This document shows, in pieces, positions 28,053-43,180 of a DNA stretch of 64,000 nt. The DNA comes from the human T2T-CHM13v2.0 reference genome, Homo sapiens. The notes under the pieces were generated by a model, which saw nothing but the letters and a program-made list of their open reading frames with translations, searched no databases and was not told the origin of the DNA. The stretch lies in assembly GCF_009914755.1 (NCBI RefSeq), contig NC_060940.1; one strand, given 5' to 3'. Within the stretch, counting starts at the first letter, position 1. Each line of letters opens with the position of its first letter. Both the position numbers and the translations under genes were made by a program.

Positions 28053-28544
28053 ATATTGATATACACACACATATACATATATAAAGAAATTTATCATAAG
28101 AAATTGGCTCACATGAATATGAAGGCTAAGTCCCAAGATCTACAGTCAGCAAGAAGGAGACCCAGGAGAGTCAATGTGTAGTTCCAGTGAGAGTCCAAAT
28201 ACCTGAGCATAGTACAAATTTCAGTCCAAAAGCTAGCAGACTTAAGACCTAAGAAGAGCCAATGTTTCAGTACACATTTAAAGGTCAGAAAAAGCCAATG
28301 TCCCAGCTCAGATAGCCAGGCAGGAGAAGCTCCCTCTTGGCCTTTTTGGTCTGAATTTTTGGCCTTCCACTGATAGGGTGAGACCCACTCACATTAGGGA
28401 GGACAATCTGCTTTACTCAGTCCACCAATTCAAATGTTAAACTCATCCACAAACACCCTCATACACACACCCAAGATAATGTGTGGCCAAATGTCTGGGC
28501 ACCCTGTAGCCCAATCGAGCTGATACATAAAATTCATCACCACA
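27966..28544 (-). mobile_element. MLT2B-type ERVL solo LTR containing (TG)22
   Basis: CCAGAGAAAGAGAACCAGTAGG...GGACAATCTGCTTTACTCAGTCCACC...CATAAAATTCATCACCACA. Confidence 0.88.
28008..28051. repeat. (TG)22 microsatellite
   Basis: Direct reading of the sequence. Confidence 0.97.
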
Positions 28545-29704
28545 GTGCCATGAAGTTAGCTTGTGGAAGGCTAATGAAGAAATGTGTGGTAGGGAAAAGG
28601 ATGCAGGAAGACACAGACGACCCACTTGAGAATGCTGTCAGCCAAAAGAAGCAGAAAAATCACAGACTAATCTGAATGGGCAGCAGGGTTACCCAACATT
28701 TCTTTACATGATAAAAGAGACCTTCTGACTTGATGCTTTTATGCTAATCCATGTAGACATTTGTTCTGTCATTCCTTTTCCCCCAGCTTATTAAATTGAA
28801 TATATAATTTTCCATTCTAATTATATTTTCCCAAAGGTAACTTTAAAGTAGTTTGCATTTTTGGCAGGCATGCCAACTATTGGCAGAAGCAGGTGGCTCA
28901 GAAGGGCTCTGGGGCAAAGGAATAATCCAGTTCATAATCTAAAATGTGCTGTGGATAAAGATGCATGCCACTTACAAGGATATTATCAAAGTTAATTTTT
29001 CTGTGTGATTCGTGGCTTTTCAACATTGGTGCAGAAGAATGGATGTTTCCTGTCAGCGTCTTGACCGCCTTAGTGTTCACTTAAAAGAAATACAGGGAAG
29101 TACACCTTTCAGGCATTGGTGCGAGATGGGTCAGAAAGGAGCCAAAGAACCCGCAGTTGTGTCAGCTGGGGCAGGTGGTAAGTTGGCTGAGGCACAGTGA
29201 CATGTCCTTGCATTGGTCCCCATCTGATCAGTGCAATGATCACAATGGAGGACTTGAGACTCTGCAGAATGTTAAGTGTAAAGAGTGATGAAATCCTTTT
29301 TGAGCGTGCAAACTGTTTGCTAGAATCCTAGTTCCATGTTTCACCAGCGTGGCTGCCTTTTCTCCACACACCTCCGCTCTTAGACAGATCCCACATAGCC
29401 AGTGGGCCTGGACACTCAGCCCCGGTGAGCCCTCTTCCTGGAAACCCCATATCTTCCATCACTTAGTCTCTTAAAGAAGAGCGTACAAATAGCCCTCAAA
29501 TAGCGCTTGTGTCCAGAAAGCGACATGCACAGCATGCCTGTATCTCTACTCCAAGCATCCCAGGTAGGTTGGCTTTGCATGATATGTAAGTTGCTGCCAA
29601 ACATGCCCATTAGCTGTCATTTCTCACTGACTTCACTGTTTTCTTACTTTTATTTTAAAGGTCATCTCTGTATTTCCAGTTGAGACCCACTTATTAATTT
29701 ACAA

Positions 29705-29895
29705 TGATACTGTACATATATTTTCAGTTATTATATATTGTTATCATATATAGTTATCTATATATCATTTTGTATATAGATATCTGTATATATGATATTA
29801 TCTGTATATATTATCCATGCATGTACTATCTGTATATATGTATATATAACTGTATATCATATTCTTAAATATACATTGTCATCATAATATATGTA
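29705..29895. repeat. Degenerate AT-rich (TATATG-like) low-complexity repeat
   Basis: Repeated ATCTGTATATA units. Confidence 0.75.
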
Positions 29896-30129
29896 AAATT
29901 CAATATATGGAGACATCTATCTTCTCAATTTTTTCTAAAATATAATAACAAATTATACTCAAATAATCTAACCAGAGCATTTATTAAGTACCCATGTGCT
30001 CAGTATTAGTTTAAGCCCCATGGGATACAGAACAAATACAAGACGTAATATTGACCCTCAGGTTGACCACACACAAGCTGGGAAACGAGACCCATACACG
30101 AGAAGTGACAATGAACTCTGACAATGAAC

Positions 30130-30475
30130 TCTCCTGGCTATTTGGCCATGGGAGGCACATGCAGAAGATGGAAAGGCAGCAGGGCATGTTTTCCCTGTTC
30201 TTACCCTGCTTCAGCCTCTCTGGGAAGGTCACATCCTTCTCTGACTACAGCCACTGCTGGGCCGTTCCCCCAGCTCTCACTGGCTCTGGTCCTTCCATTG
30301 TTCCTTTCACCCTATGGGTAGTAACAGCTTCCTGGTGTTGTTAGTCTTTGGGCACCTTTCCTTGCTTGTTCTCATACCCCTGTCTATTCCTCTGTCAGTA
30401 GCCCCTTCCTTAAATTCCATCCACCTGTACCATTAGGAGTGAATTCTGTTTCCTCCTGGGACTCTGACGGATGCA
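30130..30475 (+). mobile_element. LTR33-family ERVL LTR fragment
   Basis: GGGTAGTAACAGCTTCC...GAATTCTGTTTCCTCCTGGGACTCTGACGGATGCA terminus. Confidence 0.6.
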
Positions 30476-32031
30476 GCGAAACTTACGAAGTTGCAGGTAG
30501 GGGGTTGCTTCACTTGTTGGTAAAGATTTTAATGTGTCAACCAGAACAAATACTTGTTTGATAAAGGAGAAAGGAGTTGGCCTTCCCCAGCAGGAGAGTA
30601 GGAGGAGCTTTGAAAGCAGACAGATGACTTATAGAGAGCAAAAGCAAGGGCTTGAAGTGAACAAGTTGGCATTTTGGTGTAGACAAGTCTGATCTGTACA
30701 GCTAATTTTTAGACTTTAAAAAGTTAAATGAATCCTTCCTGGAGGCTTATGCTTCCTGTCCTGTCACTTGTTTGAAGAGAGAGCTACATCAAAGCCCCAG
30801 GCACCAGAATTCCCCAGAACCCAAACTTCACAGTCCTGCTGGGGGACACCTCAGATCCCCAATTAGGAGGATGGAGTGCAGGTGAGCAAGGAACCCCCTC
30901 CTGCTTTAATTACTCCTGGCATAATATTCTTTTTCAAGCTTTGCTAATTGAAATTAAACAGCTGCCACATTTGGACAGGGACAAAAAAGAATCAATTTTT
31001 CAGCTTTCTCTGATGTAATAGAGACTGACAGGCTATGAGGAAAACAGGGGCAATTTCCCTCCCACGGCTACTGGGTCACCAGTGGTTGACTCAAAGCAAA
31101 ACACAGTGTTGAGGTGAAGTCTTCCCTAGTACAGTAAGAGTGATGCTAGCCAGGGGTTCTCAGGACAAATGACACATTAAGTTCGTCTCATGGCCACCTT
31201 TACTAAAATGATCCAGTAGCCGACTCTTTTGTAGCCCAAGATTACCAAGATCTTCCATATGCCAGAAGGGGCTAGAAATAGTCCCCTGCCAAGTGGATTC
31301 TTTGCTAGGTAAGTTCTTTAACAGTTGGTGAAGGGTGGCAAGGGATGGTTTTATCACCTTAGAGGACAGATTAGTAAAGGGAAGGTGAAGGAAAAGAGAT
31401 TCTACAATGCACTTAAGGGTGTGCTAGGTGCTTTCAGAGAAGTTGTCTTTGTCAGGCCCTATGGCAACATAGGGACTTAGGTCTTATGAAACAAACTAGA
31501 CTTGGAGCTTGGGGGCTTAGGTCTGTGTGTGGTGAGTGTGATATGGTCAAAAGGCTTGGATAAAAATCAGTGACCAGAACAGTTGGCCTTCCTCCCACCT
31601 CCCAGTCTCAGTGCACAGAACACCAGAGGCAAGGCATCTGTCCCCCAGGCAGAAAACCAGAAGTTTCTTCTCTGAATAAACTAGATGGCCCTAGGGACTA
31701 AACTTCCCCATACAAACATTCTCTACTTAATAACCTTAAAGTGAAGCCTGTTAGTTGGCAAGTCCTGCTCCCACTCCCAAAGAAAATGCTCCCTGTTTAG
31801 AATCTCACATTTAAATACAGTGACAGGCAAGGATTTTTGAGGAAAACCTCTGAATGAAAGGAAACAAAAATAGACAAACAGAAAGAGAAATAATGCAGAG
31901 AACAGAAAATAAACTTAAAAAAGAAAAAAACCTTCTAGTTCATATCTTTAGAGAGATTTGAGAAGATGTTATGCAAAGAGAACAATTGGAGAATAAGAAA
32001 GAATTCTTAGAATTTAAGAATAGAATTTCTA

Positions 32032-32656
<625 letters not shown>

Positions 32657-32697
32657 AGAGAGAACAGATAAGATATATAGAGGATAAACCTGTCTAG

Positions 32698-32904
32698 AAG
32701 AGGTTGGCAATGAATGGTACATGTGCCAAATCCAGCCTGTGGCCTGTTTCTATGTGTTCTTTAAGCTATGAGTGCTTTTAAAATTTGTAACGGGTTGTAT
32801 TGGAAAAAAAAAAAAAAGGAAGAAGATGTGACAGACCACATGTGGCTCACCAAGCCTGAAACGTTTACTCTCTGGCCCTTTACCAAAAAACTTGCTTACT
32901 CCTG
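32698..32904. mobile_element. MER58 (MER58C-like) hAT-Charlie MITE
   Basis: GAGGTTGGCAA...GCCAAATCCAGCC...AAGCCTGAAACGTTTACTCTCTGGCCCTTTACC...CCTG; TCTAG at both flanks. Confidence 0.8.
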
Positions 32905-33515
32905 TTCTAGCAGGTCCAACATCCAACTGATAGGAATTCTAGAAAAAGAGAAGAGATAAGCGGACACATGAAATTATCAAAGAAAATATACAAGAACGAT
33001 TACCAAAATGTAAGGACATGAATCTCAGGCTGAAAAGGTGAATGGGTATCCAGCACAATAAATGAAGACTGAGCCTTAACTCGATTACATCACTGTAAAA
33101 TTTCAGAACATCTGGGGTTAAAAAAAAGATCCTGAAAGTTTCCAGCGGGGATAAAAACAGGTCACTTACAGTCGAATGAAAAATCAGACATCTTAATAGC
33201 TGTATTTCATGCTAGAAGAAAATGGAGCAACACCTTACACATTCTGATGGAAAGTAATTTTTAGCCTTGAATTTTATATCTGTCCAAATGTTAGGGAATA
33301 TCAATATAACGACATTTCAGACTCGAAAAGACTTAGAACATTTATCTTCACAGTATCTTTAGCTGACAGCACTTGCTACAGATGTGCTCTCCTAAAATGA
33401 GAGACAGTAAACCAAGAAAGGAGACCATGGGGTCCAGGAAACAGACATCAACTTAAGAAAGTGGTGAAGGAAACTCTCACTAGAGATTAACTGGTCCAGA
33501 TTACAGCAAGAGCCC

Positions 33516-33535
33516 GGGGTGGGGTGGGGAAAGGG
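33516..33535 (+). other. G-quadruplex-forming motif G4-T-G4-T-G4-AAA-G3
   Basis: GGGGTGGGGTGGGGAAAGGG fits the canonical G3+N1-7 x4 pattern with short loops. Confidence 0.75.
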
Positions 33536-34069
33536 TGTGGTAGGCATTGTCTAAAGAGACTTCTAGTGATCTCAGACTCCCCGTAGTCCTTTCTTCTATA
33601 ATCCCCTCCTCTTGAGCTGGACTTAGTGACTTGCTTCTAATACATGGAATATGATAAAAATGATAGGGTGTTCCTTCCAATATGAGGATTTAAAAAGACT
33701 CTGGCTTCCATCCTGCTCTCTCACTTGCTTGCTCTGATGAAGCCAGCCGTCAAGTTGTGAGCTGCCCTGTGGAGAGGCCCATGTGACAAGAAACCAAGGG
33801 AGGGCCTAGCCAAAGCCTTTGAGAAACTAATCCTGCCAACAATCACTGGAGTGGGCTTGGAAGTAGATCTTCTCCTGGTTGAACTTTGAGAGGACTACAG
33901 TCCTAGCTGACACCTTAATCGCATCCTTGTGAGACATCCTGAGTTAGAGGACCCAGCTAATCCAAGTCTGGTTATTTTCCCACAGAAATTGTAAGATAAT
34001 AAATACTCATTGTTTTAAGCTGCAATGTTTTGGGGACAATTTGTCACACAGTGATAGATAACTAATACA
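33536..34069 (+). mobile_element. MLT1E/F-type MaLR solo LTR
   Basis: Starts TGTGGTAGGC...ATAATCCCCTCCTCTTGAG; ends GATAGATAACTAATACA. Confidence 0.88.
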
Positions 34070-34438
34070 AAAAAGTTGAGCGAAAACTGATATGATGGAA
34101 TCTTTTGGGGAAGAGATCAAGGATTAGTAGGTAGCAAATTTTACACATAAACAGCAAATGGAAACTTACAGAAAATTCCAAAGTTGCACTGGAAAGAAAA
34201 CGCAATCATAGTTCACTACTTGGCTCCACAGTGAACAGTATTAACATAATCATCCTGTTGTAAATATTGAATATATAACTGAAACAAGGAGTGATAGGTG
34301 GAATGAGATAACTATGTTCTCATTTATCATAATATGCAGTCACTGAATAATTTTTAACATCACAAAAAAATTACCAGTATAAATATGTTGTGTATAAGTG
34401 TGGAGGTAACTATCAGAAGAAACAGCTAGAAGAGTTGA

Positions 34439-34792
<354 letters not shown>

Positions 34793-34959
34793 ACTGCTCC
34801 AAGCACAGGGTAGAAGGAACGATGAGAAATTAGTATTCCTAATGTATGTGAGGCCAAATTCCATTACTAATCATGCTTTATGGAAATTCAGTGTCTAGAA
34901 ACAGTCATAAAAATTGGTCTGGAATGTTTGAATCCTGTAGAGTTCCCAGCATAATGATG

Positions 34960-36240
34960 GAAATGCATAATAAAGACACATTCACAATACAGAGCATGTG
35001 TAGGACCCCACAAAAGATAACTTCTAGCAAAATAGGCTAATTGACTATGTGACAAAACACAGGAATAAATCCAACATTATAAGAGATGTCAGCAGGTACA
35101 TCAAAAGGGAGAAATCATATCAAAGAACTCATGGAAATTAGAGGAATATAAAAGGGACTTTAGCAATGTATCTAAAAGGTTCAAAAAGATAATGAAAGGA
35201 ATGGAAAACTTAAGGTAAGATTAGGGCATCATAAAAAAGAAAGGCCCAATATACATTGAAAAAAATTTATAAATTCCAGAAATAAAAATCAGTCCTTGAG
35301 ATATACCTTCAGTGGTGGGTGAAAAAGATTAGACATGGCTGAAGTGAGAATGAGCAAACTGGAAGAGAGACCAAAGGAAATAATAAAAAATACTATACAG
35401 TGAGGTAAATGTACAATGTGAAAGAGAAGTAATGAGAAATCCCAGAATGAAACCTGCCAATGCATGTCTAACAGAAATTCCAGAAAAAGAAAACTGAGAG
35501 ACTGGAGAAGAACCAATATTTGAGAAAATAGAAGTTCCAAAATTGAAGTAGGACATGAGCCCTTAAATTAAAGAAGCATACAGAGTCCCAAACATGACAA
35601 AACAAAGAGAAATAAATCCAGACCTAGACACAGTGTAGTGAAGCACAGAAAGGTAAGGTAATAAATGCTTCCAGAGAGAGAGAGAGAAAAAAAAAACAAA
35701 CAAGATTGTTTACAAAAGAATAGCCATTAGTCTGACAGCTAACTTTGGTCAGGATAATCATATCAGAAGATAATAGAACAACCTTCAAAATTCTTAGGGA
35801 AAATAATTGACAACCCTGAATTTTATACCCAACTAAATAATAATTCAAAAGTGAGGTTGTATAAGACATTTCCAGACATATAAAGATGAAGAGTTTACTT
35901 GTCTTAGACCCTTGCAGAAAGAATGAATAGAGGAAATAGTTTCAAGAAGGCAAATTATACCAGAAGAGAAGAGGACACAGGAGGCAACAGTGAACAAAGT
36001 AGGTGAAACATGTTGGCTAATTAAGTAAGTACTCCCTGTAAAAACACACAAAAACTAACCACTCATCCACCCAACAACAACAAAAAACTCTCATTTGGCT
36101 CATACAAAAGGTTGGTGAAACTACAATACTAGAAAATCCTAATAGGGAAGATGGGTGGAAGAAGTTAGGAGGGAAGTTCAGGCATTTTAAGATCTTTGTT
36201 TTTGTCAGGAAGAGGATAAATATACTAACTACCTTTACCC
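34960..36240 (+). mobile_element. Old L1M (L1ME/L1M5-type) ORF1-region fossil
   Basis: A-rich ORF1-like segments (AGATTAGACATGGCTGAAG...GAATTTTATACCCAACTAAA). Confidence 0.65.
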
Positions 36241-36249
36241 CCTTTGGGT

Positions 36250-37494
36250 GTATATAGATGCTACTGTTCACCAATCTCTCTCTTCTTCTTCCTTTCTCTT
36301 CTTTCTACACTACCAAAGCACATATGCTATCTTGCATGTAAGTGGGATCATGTGACTGAGTCCCGGCCAATGGCCCATGGGATGGAGGTGGGATATACCC
36401 CTTCCAGGCCCGGCCCCTAAAGTACACCATGTGGGCCTCCTTGCTCTTTCTTTGCTTGTTGGTCAGCTGAGTGTTGAGGGCTCTGAGGAAACCCCAGGGG
36501 ACATGGAACTACTGGGTGGAAGAATCCTCTATCCCAGAATCATTACTTAGAGGAGAGCTGCCCTACGACAAGAATCTGGATGAACTTTCCATTAGGCAGA
36601 AATGATTTTATTGTGTTAAGCTGCTAGAATTTCTTGGTCATCACAGCTTAGCCTATCCTATTTGATTAATACAGAAATGGAAGTGAAACAATGCCATAAT
36701 AAAAACCAAAAATATGTGGCATTGGTTTAATGGTCAGGCAGTGAGTGACAAGGACACCATCAGCAGCAGACGGAAAGAAAAGAACCAGAACATGCAGCAG
36801 TAAAACTGTCACCTGTGGTAACACACTAGATATAAGGTCTCCTCTCAAGTTGGCGGCTCTAGAGGAGTCTAGAAAGCAGACTATTAGTAATGTGTGTTGG
36901 TTTTTATTGGCAGCCTTTGCTAAGCTATTAAGGAGATAAACTCAGGAGAGAATTAGCAGGTTTGTAAACAGAAATAAATGGGAATGCAAAGAGTCCAGAC
37001 ATTTGCAGAGTCAAAGGGTTGAAAAAACTTACTGCTTCCAGCAGAGCATAAATGACAAAGGCCCAGAGAAACAAGCAGAGATCTGCCCCATAGGATTCCA
37101 GCATTTGTTAAGAGTGGCTTCAGTGTACCCCCTTTTTGTTCCTTTTCTGACAGGGAATTTGTAATTGCAATTATTGCAGGCAGCTTGCTTCGCTGCAGTA
37201 TAAGTAGTAGTGAAGCGAGAAAGGGAGGAAAGATAACTTCTTTTAGTTCATTGGGTGCCACGCCAAGAAGAGTCACATGATAGATCTTTGCATCATCCAG
37301 AGACCCCGGACTCTGAGCTGGAATGAAGTGACTGGACAGGACTTTGAGTTGTTTTCCCTGGGCAGAGATGAGTGTGTCCTATACGTGGTTCTCTCTTTCT
37401 TGGACACACAGCTAATCTAATTGCTCTCTAGTCCGTGCATCTAGGTGAAGCCACATGATTGAGTTCTGGCCAATGAAGCATAAGAAGAGGGAAG

Positions 37495-37495
<1 letters not shown>
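36250..37495 (+). mobile_element. MLT1J-type MaLR: 5' LTR (to ~36673), internal remnant and partial 3' LTR
   Basis: CATGTGACTGAGTCCCGGCCAATGG; LTR end TAATACA followed by internal start GAAATGGAAGTG...AAAATATGTGGCATTGG; second LTR-like GAGTTCTGGCCAATG at ~37460. Confidence 0.7.
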
Positions 37496-38345
<850 letters not shown>

Positions 38346-38654
38346 CTTATCCATATAAGTGGCTGTTTGAACAAGATCCTGTTTGAACTCTAAGACTACT
38401 AGATATTTAGGTCTGCATCTGGATACAGAATCTTATTTGAATCAATTAGCACCTAAAGCTAAAATCTGTGCTCTTTTCTCAGGGAACCTTCTGACAATAC
38501 TTACACTAAGCACAAAGAATTAGTGGGAGACACTCAATAGATCCTTTAATGGAAATTAATGAATGTCCAGCAAAAAATCAATGGAATCTACCAGAAAACA
38601 GAAATGCCTTGAAAAACTATATTTCCCAGACTGAAGGATTCTTAATACTTAAAC

Positions 38655-38905
<251 letters not shown>

Positions 38906-39309
38906 TAAACATTTTAAATATAAACATCTAATCCTCAAGTTGAAAGGCTCTTTAAAATTTCAAATATCAACTTCTAACCTCATGTGCAAAACATTCCAGA
39001 AAGTACAGTGGGTAACAGCTTTGAAGGACACACATTTCTACAGATGCCTTATCCCTATGCTCACTCGCCAAAGTTCACTAGGCATCTACCATGTGCAAAA
39101 TATATTCCAGGTGTGTTGAAACCACAGTGGTAAATAAACCTTCAGGGAAAAGGTTGCATGCAATTGTTCTATGGGGTATGGGAAAAAGGGCATCGCAGGC
39201 TTAGGAAGTAACCCCAACAAAGGGCATGGCATGTTTGAAAAATGTGTAAAACATGAGGGGACAAATGGTATGAAAGCCCCTCATCATGTACTGTGGATCT
39301 TTAAAAAAT

Positions 39310-39525
39310 TAATTAAGTAATTATTTTAAATTAAGTAAAAATATCAATTTATGACATATAACATGATGTTTTGAGACATGTATACATTGTGGAGTGGCTA
39401 AATCAAGTTATTTAACATATACATTACCTCACATACTTATTTTTTTGTGGTGAGAACACTTAAAATGACTCTCTCAGCAATTTTCAAATATACAACATAT
39501 TGTTGTGTAGTCACCATGATGTATT
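39310..39525 (-). mobile_element. L1MA 3' UTR fragment
   Basis: ACATGATGTTTTGA...CATTACCTCACATACTTATTTTTTTGTGGTGAGAACACTTAAAAT. Confidence 0.8.
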
Positions 39526-39529
39526 ACTG

Positions 39530-40100
39530 AGGATTGTGAACTGTATTCTTTATTCAAGGAGGAGAGAATCGCTGTAGGGCTTTTTACTTGTATTAGAAAG
39601 ACAGTGCCCTGGCACTGTGAAGGGCTAAGGCACATAGGGAAAGACAGCAGGCAAAAGACAGTGGGGAGACAACTTCTGCACTAGTGTAGGTGAGAGATGG
39701 GTCTGAAGCAGGACGGCAGGGATGGGAGGGAAGAGGCACCCAGGAGCGCGTGGACAGGTATATCCACAGGACTTGCTCACTGACTGAATGTGCATATGTC
39801 GGGGGCCTGTGAGGATGGGGCCCGGCAGAAGACTGATGTCTGGTGCCTACGGGAGCTGCTCAATGTGGGCGGCGGGGGCCTGTTTGCTCCAGATGGAAAA
39901 CATGAGTGAGGAGATGTGTACTCAGTTTTGGAAATGCTGAGCCGGATAGGTCATTGGCAGATCCAGGTGGAGGTGGGACACCCAGATGGTATGAAATTTG
40001 AGGCTGGCATTCCAGAAAAAGAAGAGGGATGAGATACAGGTTTGGAATTATCAACATAAAGGCAATGAGGGCAGAGAGCCTTCACAGAGGAAAGCAGGGA
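39530..40100 (-). mobile_element. L2 remnant
   Basis: AGGACTTGCTCACTGACTGAATGTG...CTCAGTTTTGGAAATGCTGAG. Confidence 0.6.
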
Positions 40101-40349
40101 AGTCAAAGGAGAGATAATGTCCTCAATTTTCTATTTTGTGGATAAGTCAATATAACACACATTTGCTTAGACTCTGCTATGCACCAGAAGAATCCAGGTC
40201 TTGGCCATGTTAGGGTTCATGGCCTAGAAAGTTCTTTAGCAAAAGCAGCCTTCAGTTTAACTGAAACATTACCCAAAGAGGGGACTTGTGGAGAAATTAA
40301 ATAAATACATTTAAAATGCCAGCTTAGCGAATGTTTTATACAATTGTAT

Positions 40350-40925
40350 AATACTCCATACTATCACAAGATTGAAGAAACAGACACACTCACGTATGGC
40401 AGTTGGAAATGAACGGGCATAACTCTTTGAAAAGTAACTTGGAAATATATATCAAGAGCCTTAAAAAGAATTATACTCTTTAAATCAAATCCTCAGGTTA
40501 TTCCAAAGAAACTAACTTCAAACTTTTTTAAAGAAGCTTTCAGTACAAAGATGTTCATCACAAAGTATTTGCAATAACAGTTTGAGAATTAGCTTAGATG
40601 CCCAACTACAGTGGAGTGGTTTAGTAAATTATGACACATCTGCTAGATGGAATATTAAACAGCCATTAAAAACGATGCTTGAAGGAAGTATGTTATCTAA
40701 TGTTATAATGTTAAATGGAAAAAAGGATATTCAGTATATCGCAAATGCATAAAATAAAAACCAAAAGCCCATGAATAGGAAAAAAATGTCTAGAAGGAAA
40801 CATACCATAATTTGAATAGAGGTTGTCTTTAAGTGGTAGAGCTTGGTTTTCCCCTATTTGATAAATTCTTTTGCATTTCCTAGATTTTCTATATAAACAT
40901 TTAATGACTATTTAATCAGAAAAAT
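40350..40925 (+). mobile_element. L1ME 3' end fossil
   Basis: CAAAGATGTTCATCAC...ATGGAATATTAAACAGCCATTAAAA. Confidence 0.7.
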
Positions 40926-41449
40926 GAGCTCCAACGAGAAAACACAGAATGAAGAATGATGAAGACTTAGTGGAGACAGGAGGTATGAGAGAGGGCTCAG
41001 AGACAGTACTCGGCCTTGCATTTTTCTCCAGGCCTTGCAGGATGCAAGGTGGACAGTGCTGCAGTCCTGTGGATCTGGTGCCCTAGGCTCTGCAGACACA
41101 TTGAGGGGACCCAGGGCTCTGAACAAATGGCCAGATGGTAAGAACACATCCCTCGAGTTGTTTCTTCCAGTTGCATTTTTCCCTAATCACTGTCTGCTTT
41201 GGGAAAGGTCGATCAACCTAGCAAAAGTACCCCCTGGACATCTTCACTAGGTCCACTGACTGCTCCCCAGAACTCTCAGTTTCCTGAGGATTGTGCCCTT
41301 TCCCTTCCTTTCCTGCTGCAGCTTCTCAGCCTAAGCGAACCTAGAGAGAGCAAGGGTGGGGAAGGAGAGCAGGGGTATGTGATTGCGCTGAGAACACCAA
41401 AAGCCCATAAAGTCTGAAAGGTTAAGCAAAGACTGAGGCATGAAGAGTG

Positions 41450-41850
41450 AAAATTCTCCATTCAACAATAATCCTCGCCCCCTGCCACCCCTGACATCTC
41501 TTCTTAAAATGGAAAGAAAGGGTGCATGATGACATTAGGCACTTTAAAATATGCAAAATTAGGAGCTGGTGCAGACCTCATTAACACCCGCCTCCAACAT
41601 CATTAAGATGTTTCCAAGAAAATTAATTGAGAGACTCATTAAAAATAAATTAAGAAAAATGTGTTGCAGAGCGCCTGCACTCAGCTCATAAATCACAGCT
41701 CAGTGCTCTGGCCCGCTGCTCCGGCAATTAACTCCAACCTATTTGTTTTATCCTGACTGTGAAAATTAGAAAGCAGACGTGGAGATTAGATTAGGAATGT
41801 CTGTCAAGCGGAACTTGGAGTGAATATTTTAGGATACAAAATGGAAACCA
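41450..41850. promoter_or_regulatory. Candidate conserved developmental enhancer (homeodomain, PBX-HOX and POU-like motifs)
   Basis: Repeat-free; many TAAT/ATTA cores; ATGCAAAAT at 41551; TCATAAATCA at 41686-41695. Inference only. Confidence 0.45.
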
Positions 41851-42269
41851 GGAAAACAAAGACAGCAGAGATTTCATTCTGAGGAGCTTGTCTTTGAAAA
41901 GTGACAGGCAGATGAAGGGTGCTGGAGGGAGAGTATGGGGAAGGAGTACCTACTCTCGGGAAGGATGAAGGGGGAGAGAAAAGAACAGATGTTTAAACTC
42001 TTCTGACCAGGAATCGTGCAATACATTTGCATTATAAATATAAACAGTTACACATCTTAGTAAAGCTGGCATTGAGACATAAAATTGATGTTCCTGATGA
42101 TACTTCATATGTCATACTTTAATGTTTAGACATAGAGTCATTTGGTTGAATCACTCGAAAGAGTTACTGGTCTCTTGCAATATTTTATGTATCAGTGATG
42201 ACCACATGTTCCTCTATATGAGGTGAAATATGCCAGCCTCTTCCCTGTATCTCTCACTTAACAACAGTT

Positions 42270-42440
42270 ATTGAGTAGCAGGCACTTTGCCGGGCTCAGG
42301 TATATGTGTCACTTCATTTAATTTTCGTAACTCCAAAAAAGAAAACCATTTTACAAGATGTTGAAACTGAAGCTCAAAGTAAAGCAATATGCATGGGAGT
42401 CGTGTGGCCAGTAAGTGGCAGAGTTGGGGTTGCAATCCTG
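42270..42440 (-). mobile_element. MIR SINE
   Basis: CCATTTTACAAGATGTTGAAACTGAAGCTCA...AGTAAGTGGCAGAGTTGGG. Confidence 0.65.
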
Positions 42441-42445
42441 GTGGG

Positions 42446-42589
42446 GTTTTTTGGTTTGGTTGGTTGGGTTTTTTTGAGTCTGGATCTTGCTATGTTGCTC
42501 AGACTGGTCTTGAATTCCTGGTCTCAAGGGACCTTCCTGCCTCACCTTCTCAAGTAGCTGGGTTAAAGGCACTCACCACCATGCCTGGC
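42446..42589 (-). mobile_element. FLAM_A-like Alu monomer
   Basis: TCTTGCTATGTTGCTCAGACTGGTCTTGAATTCCTGG...CACCACCATGCCTGGC. Confidence 0.85.
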
Positions 42590-42949
42590 ATAACCCTGGC
42601 ATGTTAAACCTAAGATCAGTGCAGCCCTCAGCTTCTTTTCATTCCAAAGTTCATTTCAGGTCACTGTATTTTCCAAGCCTCAAACTAGAAAGGCTTTTTG
42701 TTCTTCCCTCCTTCCTCCTTCTATCTCTTATTTCCACAAATATTTTATTGCATGCTTGCAATATGCCAAGCATGGTATCAGGTCTGGGGGGATAGAGCAG
42801 TGGGCTTGTTGAGTTTGGGAAGACAGGTGCTGGTTAAGTCACTGCAAATGTGAGGGTCACTGCAGAGACCACAGCACAAAGGGAAACAAAGACTGTGCCC
42901 ATCCCTCAGGTCATTTGTTGAATACCTGCTATGTAACGGTGCTGAGGAC

Positions 42950-43180
42950 CCAGATGTTAGACTGCCGACTCTCCCACTTACCAGCTATGAGATGTTGGGT
43001 AAGTTATTTAATCTCTCAGTTTCCACATCTGTAAAATGGGGATAGTATTAGTACTTACCTTGGAGTTTTTTGTTTTTGTTTTTTTCTTTTTTGAAGATGA
43101 AATGAGAAATCCATGAGAAGCCCTTAGCAAAGTGCCTGGCTTAGAGTAAGCTCTGGGTAAATGTCAGCAGTTATTATTTA
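42950..43180 (+). mobile_element. MIR SINE
   Basis: CTCAGTTTCCACATCTGTAAAATGGGGATAGTATTAGTACTTACC. Confidence 0.85.

Noticed and set aside
29630-29670. Strong-looking splice acceptor TTTTATTTTAAAG|G (similar ones near 60885 and 63870)
   Set aside because: No following open frame or donor defines an exon, and such sites are common by chance.
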